Shown: positions 1 through 9,033 of the stretch, in pieces | Position numbering within the stretch: the stretch's first letter is position 1 | Layout of the letters: each line of letters opens with the position of its first letter | The notes under the pieces: generated by a model | The model's input: the letters and a program-made list of their open reading frames with translations, nothing else | What the model was told of the DNA's origin: nothing | Databases searched by the model: none | Program-made: the position numbers and the translations under genes | DNA from: Candidatus Aenigmatarchaeota archaeon | Lineage (GTDB): Archaea; Aenigmatarchaeota; Aenigmatarchaeia; CG10238-14 | DNA: 36,201 nt | Direction: 5' to 3' | Assembly (NCBI GenBank): GCA_030672375.1 | Contig: DAOVGP010000010.1 | Location: 1 to 36,201 of the forward strand

Positions 1-229
1 CCGGTTGACGTTAGGAATATAGCCATGAAGGCCTTTGAGTTATTCAATTCATTGAAAAAATCATGATAAAAGATGAAACACTTAAATCCCTGTATAACAA
101 ATTATAGAAGATATTAGAAAGTGAGTCGGTATGACTGGTGAAGTATTTTTGCTCGGCCAAAAAGAATGAAACCTACTTTTTCTTTAGTCATAACTCTTTC
201 AGTCTTACCTTTATTGATTTCAATTATTT

Positions 230-706
230 TTGGAGGTGTGTAAAAGATGGGTGAATACCTTCTCAGGATGGAATTTAAGTAAGGAATATGAACATGTAAT
301 TGCTGCTTTCGTGGAACACAGATTACCAGAAAGGACTAAAGAAATTCTTCGAGAAGTTAATAAATACAGGGATATGTCTTACACTGCAGCTATTTACCGT
401 ATTTCTAATGATCTAAGAATTGCACCATCTACAATAAGGTGGAGTATGAAACTGTTAAGAGAATTAGGGTTGATTATATGTGGTGATGAAAAATATAGAG
501 GTGATAGAATGAGATCTTCAAACGCCGGAGAAGTAGCCATAAGACATTTGAATGGTGGAAAATATTCAAAACCAAAGGAATTTTACAGACAAAATGATAA
601 TAAAAAACAGGATGTAATTTTAGATGAAGGTTATCGTGAATCAGTCCTGAAGTTTTATAGTTATATGGACACCTTGGGGAATAGAAACTCTCAAAACTCG
701 TCTTAA
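230..706 (+). CDS. Hypothetical small protein with a possible winged-helix/HTH segment
   Basis: 158-aa ORF with a non-ATG start (the first in-frame ATG is at 374). The segment ISNDLRIAPSTIRWSMKLLRELGLI looks like an HTH recognition region. The 3' end overlaps the convergent rps10 by 66 nt, so the true extent is doubtful. Confidence 0.3.
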   Translation: MEVCKRWVNTFSGWNLSKEYEHVIAAFVEHRLPERTKEILREVNKYRDMSYTAAIYRISNDLRIAPSTIRWSMKLLRELGLIICGDEKYRGDRMRSSNAGEVAIRHLNGGKYSKPKEFYRQNDNKKQDVILDEGYRESVLKFYSYMDTLGNRNSQNSS

Positions 707-961
707 AGCCCTATCGTCCGCCTGTAAATCCACGAGTCTTTTATGGATTCTCAATTCCCATCGATCAAAAGTCGTGTTACCATGCCCAGTCCCATCTCCA
801 CACGGTGACTTCATCGGTGCAACTCTCAACTTCTTTGTCGGCAACGGAATAGGGCCCTTATAATCAACACCGAATTTTTTAGCAATCCCAATTATCTCTG
901 TACAAATCTCATCCAGTTGTTTGGGATTCCTTCCCGAGAGTTTAATTCTCGCTATCTGCAT
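641..961 (-). CDS. rps10: 30S ribosomal protein S10 (uS10)
   Basis: 106 aa. The sequence MQIARIKLSG...GPIPLPTKKLRV...RWELRIHKRLVDL is the typical archaeal S10 pattern and length. Confidence 0.9.
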   Translation of the reverse strand: MQIARIKLSGRNPKQLDEICTEIIGIAKKFGVDYKGPIPLPTKKLRVAPMKSPCGDGTGHGNTTFDRWELRIHKRLVDLQADDRALRRVLRVSIPQGVHITIKLQD

Positions 962-996
962 TCCATCACTGTGACTATATTCTGATATGGGGAGAC

Positions 997-2100
997 TTAA
1001 ATATTTTTCTGATTCTTTAAACTAATTTTTGATTCTAACAGATTAAAAATAATAAAACTGGCTATGGCAAACACTGACCCGATATACATAGTAGTTCTAT
1101 AATCTCCTAAAGATACAATTATAATAGATAAAAAAGGGCCGATTATTGAAGATAAACTTTTTGTTGAATCCAACATTGCGGATACTGTTGCCTTCTCAAC
1201 GTTTTTTTCAGTTAGATACCTTAATGAACCCACGTATAGAAATGACCATGAAACTCCTAAAAACATTTGTACTGGTAAGATGTGCCAATAGATAGTTGCC
1301 CTTGTGTACAATAAGAAAGTAACGGCTGAAAGTATCAACCCATACCTTATCAAAAAGTGAGGTTTCAACCTGTCTGTGAGAGTGTACATTATTAAAAATT
1401 GTAATAAAGAGTTGATAGAACCTATTACGCCTATCCAGAAAAAATTGGCTCCTAAAGATTGAAGATACAAAGGCCAAAAAGTCCATATCATCGATGCTCC
1501 TAGGTGACGAATAAACATGGCAGAATATACTGAGAGGTTTTTCTTGATTATTTTAGTCGGGAACAGTGGTATGTGTAAAGGCTTGTTTTTAGTCGAATTT
1601 AACCCATAAGACATTAAAAAGGAAATGAAAAACGATAAAGAACTGAAGATGAAAACACCCTTTATACTAAAGTACATTGCAATGATACCAGCCAAAGTTG
1701 CACCTAAAAACCACCCCAACGAACCAAAGGCTGAGAATTTTCCTAAGTTTTTTTTGGATTCATACACATAGGCGACTAAAGCGGCTGGAAAAATTCCTAT
1801 ACAAAATCCAGAAATTGCACGAATCATCAATAGTGAGACTTCATTCGTAATAAAGATCTGAAGGAAGAATGCTATCGATGAAGCTATCAAGCCTATTCTC
1901 AAGAATAATATTCTGGTTCCACGCTTGTCAGATGCACGACCGAATAAATATGAGGAAAAGAATAGAGCGAATGCATAGGAGGCTACTACGAGTCCTATAT
2001 AGGTGTCTGATAGTCCTAGTTCCTTAGCAAGAAGAGGTATGAACGTCCAAGAAGCATTGGCCGCAGCAAAACTCAATAGTTGGATTAAACTAGATCTCAT
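997..2100 (-). CDS. MFS-type membrane transporter
   Basis: 367 aa, hydrophobic throughout with about 10-11 predicted helices. An MFS motif-A-like string, GRASDKRGTR, follows the second helix. Confidence 0.75.
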   Translation of the reverse strand: MRSSLIQLLSFAAANASWTFIPLLAKELGLSDTYIGLVVASYAFALFFSSYLFGRASDKRGTRILFLRIGLIASSIAFFLQIFITNEVSLLMIRAISGFCIGIFPAALVAYVYESKKNLGKFSAFGSLGWFLGATLAGIIAMYFSIKGVFIFSSLSFFISFLMSYGLNSTKNKPLHIPLFPTKIIKKNLSVYSAMFIRHLGASMIWTFWPLYLQSLGANFFWIGVIGSINSLLQFLIMYTLTDRLKPHFLIRYGLILSAVTFLLYTRATIYWHILPVQMFLGVSWSFLYVGSLRYLTEKNVEKATVSAMLDSTKSLSSIIGPFLSIIIVSLGDYRTTMYIGSVFAIASFIIFNLLESKISLKNQKNI

Positions 2101-2102
2101 CC

Positions 2103-3356
2103 CTAAGTCCCTTCTTTCCAGTCAGTCAGATATTTCTCCTGTTCTTCTGTCAAACTATCTATCTTTATTTCCATAGATTCCAGTTTTAATCTTGCAACCC
2201 TATCATCGATCTCCTTAGGGACATCATAAACCTTTGGTTCAAGTTTCTTATGATTATTAGCCAAAAATTCGCTACACAACGCCTGATCAGCGAACGACAT
2301 ATCCATGACATCTGAAGGATGACCTTCAGCAGCGACTAAATTGATGATTCTACCCTTACCGAGGAGGTAAATCTTTTTTCCATTCTTCAATGTATATTCT
2401 TCAACATTTTTTCTTATCTCTCTCTTAGATTTTGATAAACTTTCTAAATCAGGAATAGATATCTCAACGTTGAAATGACCTGTATTTGCAATGATAGCAC
2501 CATCTTTCATCAATTCCATGTGTTCTTTACGGATAACATCCTTATCTCCTGTAATAGTGAGGAATACGTCTCCAATTTTAGCTGCTTCTTTCAACGGCAT
2601 AACTCTATAGCCATCCATAGCAGCTTGTAACGCTTTGATAGGATCAACTTCAGTCACAACAACATCTGAGTCCATCCCTCTCGCCCTTCTAGCAACACCA
2701 CCACCACAATAACCATACCCACATACAACGAAAGTCTTTCCTGCTAACATTATGTTGGTTGCTCTCAGTATTCCGTCTATCGTACTCTGCCCTGTCCCAT
2801 AAACATTATCAAACATTCTTTTTGTCGGGGTGTCATTAATTGCTATAACAGGAACTTTCAATGTACCGTCTTTTGCCATAGCCCTTAGTCTTATAACGCC
2901 TGTAGTAGTCTCTTCTTGACTTCCATAAAGGGTTTTTAACAAGTCCTTTCTTTTGGTATGGATTGCTGTGACAAGATCTCCACCATCATCCAAAGTTATG
3001 TTTGGATTGAAATCAAGAACTTTATTTATACACCAATAATACTCTTCACTGGTCTGCCCAGTCCAAGCGAAAACATGAATCCCTTCTTCAACCAATGCAG
3101 CCGCAACATCATCTTGAGTCGACAGAGGATTGGCTGCAGCTAGAACAACAGTAGCCCCTCCAGCTTTGAGGGTTTTCATCAATACCGCAGTCTCTTTTGT
3201 TACGTGTAAGGCTGCGCAGATGGTTAAACCTTTAAATGGCTGTTTTTTCCTAAATTCTTCCATCACCTTCATCAACACGGGCATACGACTTTCTGCCCAA
3301 TCTATGCTAAGTTTTCCTTGTTTTGCGAGTGATATATCCTTAACCTTGTGCTCCAT
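2103..3356 (-). CDS. ahcY: S-adenosyl-L-homocysteine hydrolase
   Basis: 417 aa. The N-terminus (KVKDISLAKQGKLSIDWAESRMPVLM), HVTKETAVL, the GYGYCGGGVA NAD-binding loop and a C-terminal LTEEQEKYL-type tail are all characteristic of AhcY. Confidence 0.92.
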   Translation of the reverse strand: MEHKVKDISLAKQGKLSIDWAESRMPVLMKVMEEFRKKQPFKGLTICAALHVTKETAVLMKTLKAGGATVVLAAANPLSTQDDVAAALVEEGIHVFAWTGQTSEEYYWCINKVLDFNPNITLDDGGDLVTAIHTKRKDLLKTLYGSQEETTTGVIRLRAMAKDGTLKVPVIAINDTPTKRMFDNVYGTGQSTIDGILRATNIMLAGKTFVVCGYGYCGGGVARRARGMDSDVVVTEVDPIKALQAAMDGYRVMPLKEAAKIGDVFLTITGDKDVIRKEHMELMKDGAIIANTGHFNVEISIPDLESLSKSKREIRKNVEEYTLKNGKKIYLLGKGRIINLVAAEGHPSDVMDMSFADQALCSEFLANNHKKLEPKVYDVPKEIDDRVARLKLESMEIKIDSLTEEQEKYLTDWKEGT

Positions 3357-3381
3357 GAAAAAACCCTCCTTTCCTAATAAA

Positions 3382-3954
3382 CTATTTTTTGATATATTTA
3401 ACTTTTAACAAATGAAATATCTTCTCTGAAGATTCTATTGGATCTAATTTATTAGATTCAATAATTAAGTCTGGTTTTTCTGGTTCTTCGTATTCGACAT
3501 CCACACCAATTACTTCTCCTAATCCATTGGCTTCTATTCCGTTCTCCTTTCTCTTCAAAGCCTTTTTGTATAAATTACTCAATACCAAATTATCTTTTCT
3601 CTTAGATTCTCTTTCCATGGAAACATCTAATGGAGCTTTGATATAGACTTCAACAAAATTAGGTATGAACTCCCTCGCCATCTCCCTCCATTTCCTTCTA
3701 TGACCAGTAGCATCGATTATAACATTCACACCATTTTCTGTCAACAATTTACTGACCAATACTACAGCCCTATAAACATAACCCCTTTCTTCCTCAGTGT
3801 ATTTTCTTTTCGGTGTCAATACTTCTCTAATCTCATCCATTTCTAGATGCTCAGCTCGTATGTTGTTTTGTTTTAATTTTTTCAGCAGTTCTCTTGCTCT
3901 TGCTGTTTTTCCAGAACCAGGTAAACCAGTCAACCAAACAACCCATCCTTTCAT
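3382..3954 (-). CDS. P-loop kinase, adenylylsulfate-kinase (CysC)-like fold; substrate unknown
   Basis: 190 aa. It has the Walker A motif VWLTGLPGSGKT near the N-terminus, and its size and layout match APS-kinase-family proteins. Confidence 0.55.
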   Translation of the reverse strand: MKGWVVWLTGLPGSGKTARARELLKKLKQNNIRAEHLEMDEIREVLTPKRKYTEEERGYVYRAVVLVSKLLTENGVNVIIDATGHRRKWREMAREFIPNFVEVYIKAPLDVSMERESKRKDNLVLSNLYKKALKRKENGIEANGLGEVIGVDVEYEEPEKPDLIIESNKLDPIESSEKIFHLLKVKYIKK

Positions 3955-3958
3955 AGTA

Positions 3959-4774
3959 TCAACTCAATAGAGATACGACTTCAGAATAAATTTCTTCATT
4001 CGGAGCTGCCACATAATTAACATTCATGTTAAAATCGACTTCGTATTCAGTCCAATCTTTTCCATTCAAATCTTTGACAATTCCTCCCGCTTCTCTCACT
4101 ATCAATTGACCAGCAGTTGAATCTAGAGTTCTTTTACCTCCCAATGCTATACATGCATCAGCAACTCCTTCAGCGAATAAACACAAACTCAAACAAGCAG
4201 AACCAAGCATTCTTACAGACTTAGATTTCTCACCCAATTTTACTATTCCTTGAAAATTCCCCTTTCTATTAAAAGAAGCTATATCTATCAAAAAACATCC
4301 CCTTCTCTCTTCACTGACATGAATTCCTTTACCGTTCTTGAAGGCTCCTTTTCCTTTAACAGCATAATAATCATCACCGTTTACTAGGTTTTTTATGTAC
4401 CCGACCTCTATTCCTTCAATTTTTCCAGACAGGTCTCCAATTGAGATTGAAGTTGAATAAATAGGGATTCCAAACATAGAATTTTTAGAACCATCTAAAG
4501 GATCAACTACTATCATGACTTCTGGTTTATCACCAACAGTTACTCTACCTATTTCTTCGGATACAAACTCAAAACTCTTCCCTGTAGATTTAAAATGATT
4601 TAATATCAACTTCTCAGCTAAATCATCCAAGAAAGAAGTTTTATCACCACTAAAACCTATCCTCAGAATTTTTTTTCTCTCTTCTTTATCTGAATACTTC
4701 TTTACCTCAGTAAAAACTTCTTTACCGATATCTTGACATAACTTTAACCAGTATTCATGATCCATTTCAATCAT
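3959..4774 (-). CDS. Inositol-monophosphatase/FBPase/CysQ superfamily sugar-phosphate phosphatase
   Basis: 271 aa. It carries the metal-binding signature VVDPLDGSKN and a C-terminal GG...D region typical of the IMPase fold. Its start overlaps the stop of the upstream kinase (ATGA-type junction). Confidence 0.75.
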   Translation of the reverse strand: MIEMDHEYWLKLCQDIGKEVFTEVKKYSDKEERKKILRIGFSGDKTSFLDDLAEKLILNHFKSTGKSFEFVSEEIGRVTVGDKPEVMIVVDPLDGSKNSMFGIPIYSTSISIGDLSGKIEGIEVGYIKNLVNGDDYYAVKGKGAFKNGKGIHVSEERRGCFLIDIASFNRKGNFQGIVKLGEKSKSVRMLGSACLSLCLFAEGVADACIALGGKRTLDSTAGQLIVREAGGIVKDLNGKDWTEYEVDFNMNVNYVAAPNEEIYSEVVSLLS

Positions 4775-5888
4775 TCAAGTATGTATTAATTTTTTTGATT
4801 TTAAACTCATCCTCGTCCAAGACGTTATTGATGAAGTTTATTATCCTTTTCTTGTTCTCGTTTATAGTGTTTATTCTCTCTTCCTTAAAACCATGTTTCC
4901 TCATCCATTCTTGAGAATAGAACATAGGATGAATACAAACCAGTCCTCTGAATGCAAAGAACAAAGGTGAGACTTTGAACATTTCTGAATCGTTTCTTTT
5001 GTTAAAATACTCCTTGAAAAATAATTCTACTAGTTCCTTGAAAGGATCCCTTAACTCACCGAAAGACAACACAGAATAATTGATGAAATTCATTGTCAAA
5101 CAAGTCGTATCATCTGCAGGTTCGCCATACCTGAACCTGCTCCTATCCAGAATAACAAGTTCTCCGTCATTAAACCAGATGTTACTAGGATAAAAATCTC
5201 CATGTATTGTTCTTAATCTGTGGTGTTCATCCTTAATCTTATCCCACCACTCAACCATTTTCTTTACTATTTCTACTAAATCTTTTCTATCAACAAATTC
5301 AAGATTGTCAGGAAAGGTGTCTATGACACCCATCGTTAGTTCTCCATGCCCAACAAAGTCTCTGACGACTCTTCTATATAGGTGGTCTCCATTATCTCCA
5401 TTATAGTTGATAGAATGAATTTCTGCCAAGTATTTTGCCAGCGTTTTGACTCTTTCTTTATTCTCACCCTTCAACACCCCCTCTTCCCTGATATTATCAA
5501 GGTCGTTCCAATAATCTTTTCCTTTACCTTCTTCCATTACTATGAAAAAATCATTGGGATTACCAATTGATAAAAGTTTCCCATTATTTTGTATGGAACC
5601 AACATTTAAAACCTTAACGTGTCTAGGTAACAAATTGTAATCCATCAGAGCTCGTATAAGTACGCTTGCCCTGTCAGACGGATAATCATGTCCAAATCCT
5701 TCTCCTCTCAAAGTCTTCAGGATATATCTTTTTTCATTACCAGTTTTATCCACAGTATCGATAGAAAACCCCAAACCATGAAATCCTTCCCCTAATTTTT
5801 GAATGTTTTTTATCTTAATTTCAGAACCAAAAAAATCAGAAAGGTATTCTTTTAAGGCTTCCTTATTTATCTGCGTCATTTCGACCAA
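4767..5888 (-). CDS. APH/choline-kinase-fold small-molecule kinase (the superfamily containing MtnK); substrate unknown
   Basis: 373 aa. The catalytic-loop string IHGDFYPSNIWF followed by ILDRSR...GEPADD matches the HGDxxxxN...D pattern of the aminoglycoside phosphotransferase/MTR kinase superfamily. Confidence 0.7.
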   Translation of the reverse strand: MVEMTQINKEALKEYLSDFFGSEIKIKNIQKLGEGFHGLGFSIDTVDKTGNEKRYILKTLRGEGFGHDYPSDRASVLIRALMDYNLLPRHVKVLNVGSIQNNGKLLSIGNPNDFFIVMEEGKGKDYWNDLDNIREEGVLKGENKERVKTLAKYLAEIHSINYNGDNGDHLYRRVVRDFVGHGELTMGVIDTFPDNLEFVDRKDLVEIVKKMVEWWDKIKDEHHRLRTIHGDFYPSNIWFNDGELVILDRSRFRYGEPADDTTCLTMNFINYSVLSFGELRDPFKELVELFFKEYFNKRNDSEMFKVSPLFFAFRGLVCIHPMFYSQEWMRKHGFKEERINTINENKKRIINFINNVLDEDEFKIKKINTYLND

Positions 5889-5929
5889 ACGTTATATAAA
5901 AATTATTTAATCAATAAATATTTGGTTAC

Positions 5930-6586
5930 ATGGAAAAATTCAATTGTTGGTTACCTACTTGGGTTGAATTACACGAAAACATCAGAGATATCGCGAAGAA
6001 AATTAAGAAGGATAATTATCGACCTGACATTGTAATTGCTTTATCGAGAGGGGGTTTTATACCTGCCAGAGTCATCTGTGATTTGATGATAATCAAGGAT
6101 TTGCTCTCGGTAAAAGTTGACCACTGGGGTATAACTGCCACTAAAGACGGAAAAGCACATCTGAGGTATCCTATTGATGTTGATCTAACTGGAAAGAAAG
6201 TCCTTATTGTTGACGATATCACAGATACTGGAGAGAGTATGGCCATTGCAAAAGAATTCGTAGAAAAACTCAACCCCGAAGAAATAAGAACAGCAGCAAT
6301 ATTCCACATCAAAACTTCAAAATTTATTCCAAATTATTACAGCGAGGAAATAGATTGGATTTGGGTGATGTGGCCTTGGAATTATATTGAAGACATGTGT
6401 AACATTGTACCTAAAGTATTGGATGAAAATAAGGGTAGTTCTATCAAAGAAATCAAGAAAAATTTAAAAGAAAATTTTAAGATCGATGTATCAGAAGAAC
6501 AAGTCATAGAAATATTGGGCGAACTTGTTGTAAGGAATGTTGCTACAGAAAATGGTGAGGGTTGGATAAGGGGAAGAATAGATTAA
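5930..6586 (+). CDS. Purine phosphoribosyltransferase (archaeal Hpt/Gpt/Apt-type) with a C-terminal extension
   Basis: 218 aa with the PRPP-binding motif KVLIVDDITDTGESM. It is the only plus-strand gene inside the salvage cluster. Confidence 0.8.
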   Translation: MEKFNCWLPTWVELHENIRDIAKKIKKDNYRPDIVIALSRGGFIPARVICDLMIIKDLLSVKVDHWGITATKDGKAHLRYPIDVDLTGKKVLIVDDITDTGESMAIAKEFVEKLNPEEIRTAAIFHIKTSKFIPNYYSEEIDWIWVMWPWNYIEDMCNIVPKVLDENKGSSIKEIKKNLKENFKIDVSEEQVIEILGELVVRNVATENGEGWIRGRID

Positions 6587-7362
6587 ACTTTTGCGCCTTT
6601 TAAAGCATCTTTACAGATGCATTTTCTCTCTTCGGGAATGTTCTTTATAGTTTCTTTTAATATAGCCTTTACTTTGTGTTGGTTTTCCTTCATAACTCTA
6701 ATTACTTCTTCAACATCCACGGGAGTTTCTGCCCAAACATCATAGTCGGTTATTGTGGCTATTATAGCAAAACATATCTCTTTCTCTCTTGCTAATATTG
6801 CCTCTGGTACTCCAGTCATCCCTATCAATTCGGCAAATTTTCTGAACATCCTACTCTCTGCTCTCGTAGAAAATCTAGGACCTTCGATACAAAGATAAGT
6901 TCCTTTATCGTGATGTTCTATTCCCAATTTCTCACAAGATTCTATCAAAACTTTTCTCAATTCTGGACAAAACGAATCGGCCAAAGAAACGTGAGTAACA
7001 TCACCCGTATCATAAAAAGTCGTCCTAGTTTTCTTAAAATCTATGAACTGATCTGGTATAACAATTTGTCCAGGTTTATATTCCTCTCTTAAAGAACCAG
7101 TAGCACATGAAGCTAATATTCTTGTCACACCAAGTTTTTCAAATCCATGTATGTTTGCTTTGAAGTTTATGTCATGAGGAGGTATCTTGTGTCCTTTACC
7201 ATGTCTTGATAAGAATGCAACTTTTCTATTCTCAAAATCCCCGACCAAGTAAGAATCAGAAGTTTTTCCATACGGCGTTTTCACATTGACAGGTCTTATG
7301 TTTTTAAAAATTCCTGGATCATAAACTCCAGTTCCTCCAATTATAGCAATCTCGACTTCCAT
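6583..7362 (-). CDS. mtnP: 5'-methylthioadenosine/purine nucleoside phosphorylase (PNP family 2)
   Basis: 259 aa. The strings IAIIGGTGVY, FLSRHGKGHKIPPHDINFKANI and GMTGVPEA are the typical MTAP pattern. Confidence 0.87.
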   Translation of the reverse strand: MEVEIAIIGGTGVYDPGIFKNIRPVNVKTPYGKTSDSYLVGDFENRKVAFLSRHGKGHKIPPHDINFKANIHGFEKLGVTRILASCATGSLREEYKPGQIVIPDQFIDFKKTRTTFYDTGDVTHVSLADSFCPELRKVLIESCEKLGIEHHDKGTYLCIEGPRFSTRAESRMFRKFAELIGMTGVPEAILAREKEICFAIIATITDYDVWAETPVDVEEVIRVMKENQHKVKAILKETIKNIPEERKCICKDALKGAKV

Positions 7363-7366
7363 TTAA

Positions 7367-7951
7367 TCACCTTAATTTTTGTGCTTTTTTCCAGGTATTC
7401 AAAGTCAATTCACCGACTTCCTTCATCGTCCTACCAAGACAAACAAACCCACCATTCTTTATAACAATAAAATTGTTATTATCCAAAACAGCCAATACCT
7501 CATTTGTCACTTCCATTGTTCCAGGTGGTTGTTTCTCTTCTGTAACAGGTGATTTCAATTTTTCAGCATTTTTTGTAATAGAATTATCATGCCCATGGAA
7601 TATCGCATTGACATCACCTCGTGTATTGTAAATTAGAAAATGCATGATAGACTCACATGATGGCTCTAGTTTACCCTCGACATAAAAAGTGTTGCTGTAA
7701 ACATCATAATTATCTACGTAAACAAAATTATCGTTGCTTAAGTTTTCTTTTGTTTTCAAAGTCGTCCCTGTTATTATAAACCCGTCTTCTGTTCTGAAAC
7801 TTAAATTACCAGTAGATGCTCCATCTCTGGGCAAAGTCAAATTATTTTTATTGAATTGATTGCACCAATGTTTTAACTCTTCAATATTTTTGTCGTTAGG
7901 AATTTCATCAGAAATAAAAATCGTCTTGAACTTTACTCTTTTTTCTTGCAT
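7367..7951 (-). CDS. Class II (metal-dependent) aldolase/adducin-N family protein (MtnB/Ald2/FucA-like)
   Basis: 194 aa. STGNLSFRTEDGFIITGT, EPSCESIMHFLIY, AIFHGHD and IKNGGFVCLGRTMKEV follow the conserved block order of class II aldolases. Confidence 0.7.
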   Translation of the reverse strand: MQEKRVKFKTIFISDEIPNDKNIEELKHWCNQFNKNNLTLPRDGASTGNLSFRTEDGFIITGTTLKTKENLSNDNFVYVDNYDVYSNTFYVEGKLEPSCESIMHFLIYNTRGDVNAIFHGHDNSITKNAEKLKSPVTEEKQPPGTMEVTNEVLAVLDNNNFIVIKNGGFVCLGRTMKEVGELTLNTWKKAQKLR

Positions 7952-7987
7952 TGAACCACTTGAATAATTTTTTAATCATACGTGGAT

Positions 7988-9013
7988 TTATCTATGTGGT
8001 TCAACTATTACTTTAATAGATTCATTAGCTTCAGCAACCAACTGGAAACCTTTACCAATTTCTTCCAAACTTAATCTGTGTGTTATCATATCCTTAACGT
8101 TTATTTTACGAGATTGAATAAATTCTATAGCTTCCTCAATATCCACAGGGGCAGCAGCGTATGTTGTTGTTAAAGTCGCTTGACTCATCCAAAACTCATT
8201 GAACGGTAAAGGAATTTCAACACCTGAATCAGTCGGAGCAAAGAATAGAATAGTACCTCCACCATCCACAGATTTTAAAGCTTGTTCTATAGCTGATACA
8301 GCCCCTGTACAAACTATAACACGATCCGCTAATCTTCCTTCATTAACTTCTCGTACACGTGCAGATACATCTTCTTTAGCATTAATAACTTCATCTGCTC
8401 CAAACTTCTTCGCCGCTTTCATCCGATATTCGTTTATATCAGTCGCAATTATTTTTTCAGCCCCAAGTACACGAGCCAATTGAATATGAAGTAATCCAGA
8501 CAATCCACTCCCTAACACGACTACAGTATTACCTTTTTTTAGATCAGCTCTTCTCCGTCCTCTTATAACACAACCCAAAGGTTCTATAAACGTTCCCTCT
8601 TCAAAAGACATTTCATCAGGCAACAAGAATGTCCCTAATTCTACATTTATCTTTGGCACTCGAATAAATTCAGAAAAACCGCCAGGATCAAAGTTAGTTG
8701 TATGTAAAGTCCTACAAATAGTATGGTGCCCATTCAAACAATATCTACATTCATTGCAAGGAACATGGTGCGATACAAAAACTCTATCTCCCACTTTGAA
8801 ATCTTTCACATTCTTTCCAATCTCAACGATCTCTCCACTCATTTCATGTCCTAGAACTCTTGGTGCTTTTTTAATTCGGTACCACTCCATTACATCGCTA
8901 CCACAAATTCCGCATGCCATAGTTTTTATTAATAATTCATCCGGACCAATCTTTGGTTTTGGCATTTCTTCTATTCTAACGTCTTTATTGTTGTAATACA
9001 TTGCTACGCGCAT
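7988..9013 (-). CDS. Zn-dependent medium-chain alcohol/polyol dehydrogenase
   Basis: 341 aa. It has the GICGSDV and GHEMSGEIVEIG zinc motifs, a structural-Zn Cys cluster (CNECRYCLNGHHTIC) and a VLGSGLSGL Rossmann loop. Confidence 0.85.
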   Translation of the reverse strand: MRVAMYYNNKDVRIEEMPKPKIGPDELLIKTMACGICGSDVMEWYRIKKAPRVLGHEMSGEIVEIGKNVKDFKVGDRVFVSHHVPCNECRYCLNGHHTICRTLHTTNFDPGGFSEFIRVPKINVELGTFLLPDEMSFEEGTFIEPLGCVIRGRRRADLKKGNTVVVLGSGLSGLLHIQLARVLGAEKIIATDINEYRMKAAKKFGADEVINAKEDVSARVREVNEGRLADRVIVCTGAVSAIEQALKSVDGGGTILFFAPTDSGVEIPLPFNEFWMSQATLTTTYAAAPVDIEEAIEFIQSRKINVKDMITHRLSLEEIGKGFQLVAEANESIKVIVEPHR

Positions 9014-9033
9014 AACATCAACAAATTTATGTG

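Noticed and set aside
1-66. Possible gene start on the minus strand (ATG at 26-24 reading out of the window: M-A-I-F-L-T-S-T)
   Set aside because: Only eight codons are visible, so neither coding status nor identity can be supported.
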